A stretch of DNA of 64,000 nt from a virus. The notes beneath the pieces are model-generated. The model saw only the letters and a program-made list of their open reading frames with translations, did not search any database and was not told the origin of the DNA. The stretch covers positions 29,667 to 93,666 of the IMG/VR virus record IMGVR_UViG_3300029807_000001; one strand, written 5' to 3'. Below, piece after piece: positions 56,873-64,000 of this stretch (positions within the stretch are counted from its first letter, which is position 1; each line of letters starts with the position of its first letter). A program made the position numbers and the translations under genes.

Positions 56873-58465
56873 TTATTCGTTACTGTCTTCTTGGACATCA
56901 CGACCGATTTGTGAGGCTACTGCCATTTGAAGTTCTTCTCTCAGTGAGGCAAGAGCTTCTTCTTTTTCTTTGGTTGCGTCAGTGGACAAGTCAAGATCGT
57001 CAGAAGCTTTTGCATCTTCAAGAACGGAAGCGTCAGCGTCTTTATCTGCATCGTCTTTTGATGTGTCATCATCAGAGTCATCAGATGCTTTAGCATCTTT
57101 CTTCTTGTCGTCAGCTTTCTTCTTATCTGCTGCCTTATCGTCTTTGTTAGCTACTGCGATAATATCGTCAGCAACAGAACTAAACTGTTCGTCACTTAGA
57201 TCAGCGAAAGTTTCCACTTTCTTCTCAGCAACTTCTTTGTCCACACCACCACTTACGAGGTGTGCTACACGGTCAACCTGAATCTTGGCTGCGTGAGCTT
57301 CTGCAATCTCTTCTTCAAGTTTTGCGGCAGCTTTTTTAGCTTCGGTCAGTTCGGTGTCAACGGTGTCTTTTTCAGCGGTAATAGAAACTACAGAAGCCTT
57401 AACTTCGGTCAGCTCGCTATTACTTGCTTCTAACTTGCCTTGCAAATCAGATACATTGGCTTCTAGAGCCTTTACACCAGCTTCGCTGCTTGCTTTAGTT
57501 AGTTGGTCAACTTTATCTTGTAGGTCAGCTACAGAACTCTTCAGTTCTTTGTTCTGATCGGCAAGTAAATTAAGTTCAGCACTCATATTATGAGTCTCCT
57601 GATTATTAGTTGTTTCGTTAATATATGATACACCACTTTGTGTCTTAAAAGGGTTTTTCAAAGATGCGGCAGCATAATTAAATGCTTTAGCATCGTCAAA
57701 GATTACACTATAAGGATTAGCAGGCTGATCCACATAGCCCTTACCAGAGAAGGTAATGTTACGTAAGAGACGACCGATAGTGCAGCCATCAAAAATACCA
57801 GTTCCACCGTATATTCTAAGGTGTTTGGTTAAAAATGCTGTATCTTGGCAACGAGCCAGAATATGATACTCTTCATCTGGAGTCACGACCGCGTAATCGA
57901 AATTAGTGAATCCTGCCTCCATAGATACAAATTTCTTTCCTGCTTCAATCTGTCCAATTAATTCGTTAGTTCGATCTATCAGTTCACTATCTCTCCAAGA
58001 GGTATAGATAACCGCACCGTTAGCTAAATGAAACAATTCTGGTAGATCATCAACTACAGTATCATCGGGAATTAAGTTTCCCTCACTGTCTAAGGCCCAA
58101 GTATCAGTGATATGGCCAACCAATTGCTTTTCGTCGTGTTCTAGGTTTGTTCGCTTGTGCGAAGGAGTGTGTCTAGCAGCCCAGGTATTACTAGGAGTGA
58201 AGACATCATCGTTCTTGTTCCAGTTTGTGCTTACCAGGATAGATTTGGTGAAGAACAGGTCTGCATCTGTAGCTGCACCTAGAGCTAATCCGCGAGATTC
58301 AGCTTCTGCATTGAACGCGGTAGACAACTTGTGTTTTTGTAGTTGTTCTCGCTCTGTAGGAGCCCAGGCTTCTGCTTTAGTAGTATAAGCGATAGACTGA
58401 CTGCCTAATATTTTATCGGCTAAGCCTTGAATGTTAGCTTCTGCCTTGTATATGATCATATTCAT
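56873..58465 (-). CDS. prohead protease-scaffold fusion
   Basis: N-domain NKNDDVF, N.EH, VSME, F.G.G.V..PAN (herpes/HK97-type protease pattern). C-terminal acidic coiled coil. Confidence 0.8.
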   Translation of the reverse strand: MNMIIYKAEANIQGLADKILGSQSIAYTTKAEAWAPTEREQLQKHKLSTAFNAEAESRGLALGAATDADLFFTKSILVSTNWNKNDDVFTPSNTWAARHTPSHKRTNLEHDEKQLVGHITDTWALDSEGNLIPDDTVVDDLPELFHLANGAVIYTSWRDSELIDRTNELIGQIEAGKKFVSMEAGFTNFDYAVVTPDEEYHILARCQDTAFLTKHLRIYGGTGIFDGCTIGRLLRNITFSGKGYVDQPANPYSVIFDDAKAFNYAAASLKNPFKTQSGVSYINETTNNQETHNMSAELNLLADQNKELKSSVADLQDKVDQLTKASSEAGVKALEANVSDLQGKLEASNSELTEVKASVVSITAEKDTVDTELTEAKKAAAKLEEEIAEAHAAKIQVDRVAHLVSGGVDKEVAEKKVETFADLSDEQFSSVADDIIAVANKDDKAADKKKADDKKKDAKASDDSDDDTSKDDADKDADASVLEDAKASDDLDLSTDATKEKEEALASLREELQMAVASQIGRDVQEDSNE

Positions 58466-58473
58466 GTTATCTA

Positions 58474-58483
58474 ATTGTACACC
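58474..58483 (-). promoter_or_regulatory. candidate late promoter GGTGTACAAT (near-leaderless)
   Basis: Lies 8 nt upstream of the ATG at 58465, which has no SD. Confidence 0.6.
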
Positions 58484-58494
58484 ACTTTTAATGA

Positions 58495-58770
58495 TTAAGT
58501 TACTTTAGATCCTAACAATGCTTGAGTCAGTTCTTCGGTGCTGATAGACTCATCTTTTTCAACCCATGTTTCATCGTTTACCGATGCGGTTAGTCTAGTA
58601 ACCTTGCGTAGATCGTCGCCAGCATTTTCCCTCTGAGATATCTCTAGGCTGAAAAATCCTCCAGCTTCGGTATTTATCCAGATGTCGGATACGCTACCTA
58701 TCTTCTTACCGTCCACTTTTACCGTTACTTCTTTTTTGGTGGTATCCACCTCTATTGAAACCTTAGCCAT
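58495..58770 (-). CDS. small hypothetical protein
   Basis: GGAG then ATG (MAKVSIEVD...). Overlaps the portal end. Confidence 0.65.
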   Translation of the reverse strand: MAKVSIEVDTTKKEVTVKVDGKKIGSVSDIWINTEAGGFFSLEISQRENAGDDLRKVTRLTASVNDETWVEKDESISTEELTQALLGSKVT

Positions 58771-60916
58771 CTTCATGTTCTCCATGTAAAGAGCTATATA
58801 CGTAGCTCTGTATGTTCTTTCGTTCGTTTATTATTAGTTCTCGATTGAGTTCACTAGCTACCTGACTGGACCAATGGTTATAGGTATCGAGGCAGTCTTG
58901 AGGAGTCCCGCTGTCGAGTGCAGCAAAGATAGTCTTCTCGTCCAGATGACAAAGAGGCTCTAGATTACATAATACCCCAAATTTGATATGTTCTGATGAT
59001 TCTGTCTGCTCCGAGCTTAAACTTCTCATATTCTTCTTGTCAAACTTGTTGAGCAGAATGGGATTTAATGTGTCTGCAATGATATCTTGCGCAACATTTG
59101 CCCACACACATAAAGTAGCGGCTTTAACCTTTGGCCTAAAGGTCTTGGCCTTCCTGGTAGAAGAATCTTTCTTGCCTTTAGGTCTTCCCTGTCCAGAAGT
59201 TCCAGACTTCTTTTTAGTGGGAGTCGCTCCTCCTGGAGGAGTGGGTGGAGCCATCTCAATCGCTGGTTTTTCTCCAGCCTTCTTCTCTTCAAGCTCTATG
59301 CCTACCTGACTAGGAGTAACAGCTCCAGTCTGTGCGAATACCTTTAGTATTGCCTCTTCAAATTCTGGTTCGTGGAATGGTCCAGCCTTCTCAACTCTAG
59401 CACCACGTTCACGTTCTTTCTTCTCGTTGTTGCTTCTGATTCGTTCCATCTCAGGATCACTTCCGAAGTAGTGTTGTAGCAGTTCGTCGCTAATCAAACT
59501 TCTGTCTGCTAGTTGAATCAACAAGGCTTTTTCTGCTACCTCATCTCCCAGATTCATCAGGTCGAACTCTATTCTAGCTGGAAAGCGGAATCCCATTGCT
59601 TCTTGCACTATGCGAATTTGTTCATTCCAGAATGTTCTCAACATATCACGACCATACTCTAATCTTTGAGTCAGGGTCTTTAGGCTGATGAAGTTATTGG
59701 TTGTACCGTTTGCCCCGAACGTTCCAGTCAGGGTTGGTGGAATACCTAAGCCAGCGTAGATAGCCATCATGGTAGGTCGATATTTCTCTTCGCCTAAGAA
59801 CTGATGGACTGTGGTTTTGCTCTCGATGATCTCAATGTCTGGACCCCAGATAAGATCGAGTGTACCAACTGCGGTATTAGATTCTAGGATGCTTGCTAGT
59901 TTAGCTGCGGCTGCGGCTGTAGGAGCAATCTTGTGTTCCAGACTACCCAGCTTGATGATTCGCAGATTGGAGATAGCTCCATCTAAGGCTGCACGATCCG
60001 CAAGTTTTAGCTTCTCGTAGAGAGATACGTCTAATGCAATAGCAGCGATAATAGGCTGAGCCCATGCTTGCCAATCGTCTTTCTTGTAATGGAAAACTCT
60101 GGTCTTTTCTGGAGGCAGAGGAATAGGATTAGCATTTCTTGCTGCCTTTTTAATCTCGGCAGGGAGATCAGCTACAGCAGCCTTTTCTCCTCGCGTCTTA
60201 GGAGCATTGATTAATCTGCGTAACGATTCGTTAATCCTGATAACATAGTTAGGATTGCCACTAAAGTTAGACAGCTCTCCTCCTGCTACTTCGACGGATG
60301 CGGGATGTAAGAAAGTATACTTCCACGGAATCTCGTTCTTAGTAATGTTCATAGGCTTTACTTCCATGTCTGGAGTAGCCCTAGCTTTGAACAGTGTCTC
60401 TCTCGTGTTTGCATTAATCGTTGCTGTCTGAATTCGAACTACTACATTACCCAATCTGTACAGATTATTTAAAAAACGTTCCGAACGCTCTACTCCGCGC
60501 ACCTTACGAAACCAGTTTTGAAAGAACTTCTCGATCCTCTTATTTGGATGAACTACTCGAATACCTTGACTGCCGAAGTCACCCATTAAGTCAATTACAT
60601 TTTTTATTAATCCATGTCGTTTGTACGACCAGTCTGCATGTAGTATAGTATCATTGATATTGGAGAATATCGTTTGCTCTCCTGGTCTCCATGCCTCGTA
60701 GTCACTGTGACTCATCGAGTATCTACCAGAGATACCTGATCCACCAGCATCTTCGGGACTAAAGCCCATTCGATGACCAGCATGTACCGTACCAGTATAA
60801 CTATCTACTGCGTTACTTAATATCTTAGTACCTTGGGCAGAAGTGTTGTAGCCCATGTAATACTCCTCTTGAGGAGTTTTAGGCGTGTGTGGAGACTCTC
60901 GAAGTGGCTTGTCCAT
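58763..60916 (-). CDS. portal protein
   Basis: Directly downstream of TerL. Y..H.LI..VID....F, IYAGLGIPPTL and GRP motifs. 717 aa with a C-terminal extension. Confidence 0.8.
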   Translation of the reverse strand: MDKPLRESPHTPKTPQEEYYMGYNTSAQGTKILSNAVDSYTGTVHAGHRMGFSPEDAGGSGISGRYSMSHSDYEAWRPGEQTIFSNINDTILHADWSYKRHGLIKNVIDLMGDFGSQGIRVVHPNKRIEKFFQNWFRKVRGVERSERFLNNLYRLGNVVVRIQTATINANTRETLFKARATPDMEVKPMNITKNEIPWKYTFLHPASVEVAGGELSNFSGNPNYVIRINESLRRLINAPKTRGEKAAVADLPAEIKKAARNANPIPLPPEKTRVFHYKKDDWQAWAQPIIAAIALDVSLYEKLKLADRAALDGAISNLRIIKLGSLEHKIAPTAAAAAKLASILESNTAVGTLDLIWGPDIEIIESKTTVHQFLGEEKYRPTMMAIYAGLGIPPTLTGTFGANGTTNNFISLKTLTQRLEYGRDMLRTFWNEQIRIVQEAMGFRFPARIEFDLMNLGDEVAEKALLIQLADRSLISDELLQHYFGSDPEMERIRSNNEKKERERGARVEKAGPFHEPEFEEAILKVFAQTGAVTPSQVGIELEEKKAGEKPAIEMAPPTPPGGATPTKKKSGTSGQGRPKGKKDSSTRKAKTFRPKVKAATLCVWANVAQDIIADTLNPILLNKFDKKNMRSLSSEQTESSEHIKFGVLCNLEPLCHLDEKTIFAALDSGTPQDCLDTYNHWSSQVASELNRELIINERKNIQSYVYSSLHGEHEDG

Positions 60917-60943
60917 TGCGTCTTTTCTGGTAAAGGTATTGTC

Positions 60944-60970
60944 AATACTAATGCATTAGTATTCTACACC
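60944..60970 (-). promoter_or_regulatory. candidate late promoter GGTGTAGAAT overlapped by a perfect 20-bp palindrome
   Basis: aatactaatgcattagtatt (60944-60963) is its own reverse complement. Promoter motif at 60961-60970. Confidence 0.6.
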
Positions 60971-63096
60971 GTTTTTCTCTTAACGTGGGTGATTACGTTG
61001 TTTGGTTGGTTCATTTCCCTAGTAAACCAGTCTGGCCCATCGTATAATGCGCTATTGTCTTCCTCGGTCTGAATCTTTGCCGACTCTACAGCAGCCATTT
61101 GGTGAGCAAACCCACCTATGACACTATATGCGATTGGTGCTGGTGCTCTCTTCATAGATCGAGCTATGAAGTTAGCCATGATTAGAGCAGAGTAACGATC
61201 CTTTCTAGTATGTGTTTTCTTACCTTCCGTTACTAGTTCTGGAGTATCCCATCTATCTCTACCATTAGCACTACTACCAGTTCTAGTCATAACAATAGTA
61301 CATAGTTCATCTTTAAGTTCTTCTATCTCCATAACACAGTCTTCTAGTGTATCGTATAGCTTCTTCTTACCTAAATTCAAACTAGCGGCTAAGTTTTTAT
61401 CTTGAGCCGCAGCCATTTCTAGACTCACTGGATCAAAGCGCGGAAATAGTAAAGTCTTATCTTCGAAGTCCTTACGAGTACCGTGATTAGCCATAGAGGT
61501 GAAGTCGAAGTTAGCGAACTGGCACATGTGTATTATGTGCAGCCCTGCCTCCCCGTCACTAGGAAGCTCTTTGTCGGGATCTAACACTCTGTTAGTAGGC
61601 CAGATGAAATGCTCTCCATCTTCCATCTTATCTTTATCATGCAGAGCTTCTAGTACGGCACGACCACCACCTTGAGCATCAAGAGCGATATCGTCGGTAG
61701 GGAAGACTCTCATTAGGTTACGAATCTTTCTAGCGCAGAAGCCATAGTAGTCAGTCTCGGATATCATGCCACTCTTCTTGCGCCTCTGGAAATCCGCAAT
61801 GTTTGTAGACCATCCGTACACAACTCTAGTATGATCTGCCCATACCTCTAGGATAACTATAGCGAAGTTGTCTGTTTCAGCAGCAGGATCAATACCGAAT
61901 ACGTATTTCCTACCTCCTAAGCCTATAACTCCAGCGTCAAACCATATACGACCAGAAGGTAGTTCCACGGGTTTTATATCTGATGCTACACACGACTCAA
62001 TGAGGCTCCTCTTAAAGAAACCATCGGAATCGGCAGGGAAGACAGCTCCATATTCTTTTTGATAGATAGCTTTATGTTGAGCACCTCTTGCTGCTGCTAC
62101 TACCTTGTCATCCATGAAACCCTTCGGAACTAACTCGTAAGGTATGCGGATCACGGAGTAATCCCGATAGTCAAAGGCTTCGTCTATGTGTCCGTCTGGG
62201 AAGTAGTCCATTAAGGTCTTGACTTCTCCAGAGGGTAGCTTAATCATCTTGTGGGGATCACCCTTACTTCGGATGAACGTTATGTATTTCTTCCAGTAGT
62301 CCGCATAGTGTTTGAAGTCATAGTCGGCAGTACCCGAAATAATACACTGGTTGGTCTTCTTATTTGCGAACGTCGATTCTTCTTGATCGGACCATCTTCC
62401 TGCGTCCTTGAGAGCTTTTCTTCTATAGTACTCCTGAACGTTATCAATTGGTGCGGCAGATACAGCAGCAAAACCACGTACAACAGTTTCGTAGATGGAT
62501 GGTGGGATAGATGCAAATTCATCTGCCAGGATTACGTGAGCACGAAGTCCACGAATCTTGGAGCCATCTCCTAGCGGCACGAATATAGCAACCGAGTCGT
62601 TGATGATAACGGAGCATCTATCAACTGCTTGACGAGGTCCGCTATTCTGCGTACAGATAGAACGTAGTACTGGAGCGTTCTTCCAGATGGTATCCATGTA
62701 TTCATAGATTACTCTAGCCTGTCTGAATGCCGCTCCTACTCCTACAACTTTAGTTCCTGGAATCAGGATGCATCGGAGTGTAGCATAAAGAGCTAGTAAA
62801 AAGGATTTTCCAAAACCACGTGAGCCGATATACATGGGGAATGGGCGAACCCATAGCTCATGTAGGATAGCCGCCTGTTCTGGTAGCACATCTATGTTGA
62901 GTAATGCTTTTGCAGCGAATCCCAGGTACATCGGATCACGCATAATCTGCGCTTCTAACAGTCCTGGGTTATCTTTGTATTCTTGATCTATATCCATCAA
63001 CAGATTGTTGATCTTGAGTCCATCTAGACTTCCCATGCGTAACCATGCGTCATCTACAGCCGAGTTCGGCCTATTGAGTTTATAAGTCTGAACCAT
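60964..63096 (-). CDS. terL: terminase large subunit
   Basis: Walker A GSRGFGKS, IRGLRA, Walker B ILADE, nuclease FGIDPA and DRYSAL. Confidence 0.93.
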   Translation of the reverse strand: MVQTYKLNRPNSAVDDAWLRMGSLDGLKINNLLMDIDQEYKDNPGLLEAQIMRDPMYLGFAAKALLNIDVLPEQAAILHELWVRPFPMYIGSRGFGKSFLLALYATLRCILIPGTKVVGVGAAFRQARVIYEYMDTIWKNAPVLRSICTQNSGPRQAVDRCSVIINDSVAIFVPLGDGSKIRGLRAHVILADEFASIPPSIYETVVRGFAAVSAAPIDNVQEYYRRKALKDAGRWSDQEESTFANKKTNQCIISGTADYDFKHYADYWKKYITFIRSKGDPHKMIKLPSGEVKTLMDYFPDGHIDEAFDYRDYSVIRIPYELVPKGFMDDKVVAAARGAQHKAIYQKEYGAVFPADSDGFFKRSLIESCVASDIKPVELPSGRIWFDAGVIGLGGRKYVFGIDPAAETDNFAIVILEVWADHTRVVYGWSTNIADFQRRKKSGMISETDYYGFCARKIRNLMRVFPTDDIALDAQGGGRAVLEALHDKDKMEDGEHFIWPTNRVLDPDKELPSDGEAGLHIIHMCQFANFDFTSMANHGTRKDFEDKTLLFPRFDPVSLEMAAAQDKNLAASLNLGKKKLYDTLEDCVMEIEELKDELCTIVMTRTGSSANGRDRWDTPELVTEGKKTHTRKDRYSALIMANFIARSMKRAPAPIAYSVIGGFAHQMAAVESAKIQTEEDNSALYDGPDWFTREMNQPNNVITHVKRKTV

Positions 63097-63553
63097 ATAG
63101 TTCTAAAACGTGCTCCATAAGGTTTATTGCAATTCTCTGGGCATTTTCTCTGTTGCCAGCGTAAATAATATTGAATCCGTACTTGATCTGCATTTTGTTT
63201 AGGCATGTCATAAGGTAGTTGCCGTTAACGCGAATCTTCTTGAGTATTGCAGGAGGTAAATTAGATCCTTCGGGATAGTCTAGTACATCTTGCGCCGAGG
63301 CTTCCAGAATTAAGAAGGCGTGAGGGAATTCACGTATTCTCTCTAGTTCACGTTTGAATCGTGGTTGATGAATGTTACCAGCTACCTCATTCACGGAACC
63401 TTTTCGGTCTATACATATCTTGTCTTCCAATCCCTCGATAGTATAATCGCCAGTCTTGAGAGACTTGAATTCTCTGCCTAACACACGTTCGCTTACTAGC
63501 TCCCACGGTTTTTTCTCTTTGGTGTCTACTATGACTACGAATGATCTACTCAT
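63080..63553 (-). CDS. ERCC4/XPF-family nuclease
   Basis: IVDTKEK.PW, LKTGDYT, IDRKGS..E, RF.RELER. Confidence 0.85.
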   Translation of the reverse strand: MSRSFVVIVDTKEKKPWELVSERVLGREFKSLKTGDYTIEGLEDKICIDRKGSVNEVAGNIHQPRFKRELERIREFPHAFLILEASAQDVLDYPEGSNLPPAILKKIRVNGNYLMTCLNKMQIKYGFNIIYAGNRENAQRIAINLMEHVLELYGSDL

Positions 63554-63990
63554 CTTCTTCCTCTTTTGTTTCGGGCTTTTTTCTTGGCTGCTGCGTACTT
63601 TGCTGCAAATCCTTCTGGTCGTTTCTTTCGTGGAACTTTTTTAGCTGCTCCCTTCTTGCTATCGCGTCTGGATGGTTCATCTTTCTTACCTTTAGTCTGT
63701 TGGTGAATAATAGTATAAAACATCTTGGCCCAAATCTCTTCTTCGTTCCAAACACGGTCGTGGCAGGCTCTACATAGAGCTATACCATTAGATAACTCAA
63801 AACGTAGTTTAGGATAATCGGCCCACTTTCGTATATGATGTACACGTAAGCGTGACTTCTCTCCACACTTAGGCCACTGACAGCAATAGCCATCGCGTTT
63901 AAGCACCTCTCTGCGAAATTTAACATACTGTGGATCACTGTAATTCCTTTCATCTGTGTTTATTCTGCGGACTTGTTTCTTATATTTCAT
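63550..63990 (-). CDS. HNH endonuclease with basic tail
   Basis: VLKRDGYCCQ..C, VHHI, NGIALCRACH. Near the terminase. Confidence 0.88.
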   Translation of the reverse strand: MKYKKQVRRINTDERNYSDPQYVKFRREVLKRDGYCCQWPKCGEKSRLRVHHIRKWADYPKLRFELSNGIALCRACHDRVWNEEEIWAKMFYTIIHQQTKGKKDEPSRRDSKKGAAKKVPRKKRPEGFAAKYAAAKKKARNKRGRR

Positions 63991-64000
63991 AATGATGTTG

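Noticed and set aside
63080-63103. ELYG at the end of the ERCC4 gene overlapping the terL ATG, as another ERLYGK copy
   Set aside because: It lacks the Arg, the Lys and the basic helix. YG arises trivially from a T-ATG-G overlap.
1-64000. Alternative genetic code, tRNA genes, integrase, lysis genes, tail sheath, DGR
   Set aside because: Genes are full length in code 11 with all three stops used. I saw no cloverleaf, recombinase, endolysin/holin, sheath or reverse transcriptase in this window, though they may lie elsewhere in the genome.

Overview
This window is an internal segment of a large dsDNA tailed bacteriophage, probably with a non-contractile tail because no sheath gene lies next to the tail tube. 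Two arms converge on a hairpin terminator at about 25.37 kb. The + arm (1-25.3 kb) opens with an array of at least seven translationally coupled micro-ORFs that share an ERLYGK motif. It continues with a DNA replication/recombination module: RecA, DnaB, DnaG, dNMP kinase, a RecB/Cas4-like nuclease, a DnaE polymerase split into two intein-less genes with GroES and DnaQ between the halves, and SSB. A sigma factor and a cluster of about eight glycosyltransferase/nucleotide-sugar genes follow. The - arm (64-25.4 kb) is morphogenesis: HNH, ERCC4 nuclease, TerL, portal, protease/scaffold, decoration, major capsid, a six-module LamG giant, head-tail connectors, tail tube, paralogous tail chaperones, a 1992-aa tape measure and tail-tip proteins. 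The most notable observations are the ERLYGK micro-gene array, whose junction is both the peptide motif and the SD+ATG of the next gene; an unannotated 58-aa truncated paralog of the tail-tube N-terminus; a PD-(D/E)XK-like domain bracketed by FAxGG repeats inside the tape measure; the split DnaE; a candidate late promoter GGTGTANAAT; and apparent near-complete CCGG avoidance. All functional calls come from motif recognition by eye. No database searches were run and the host cannot be assigned.
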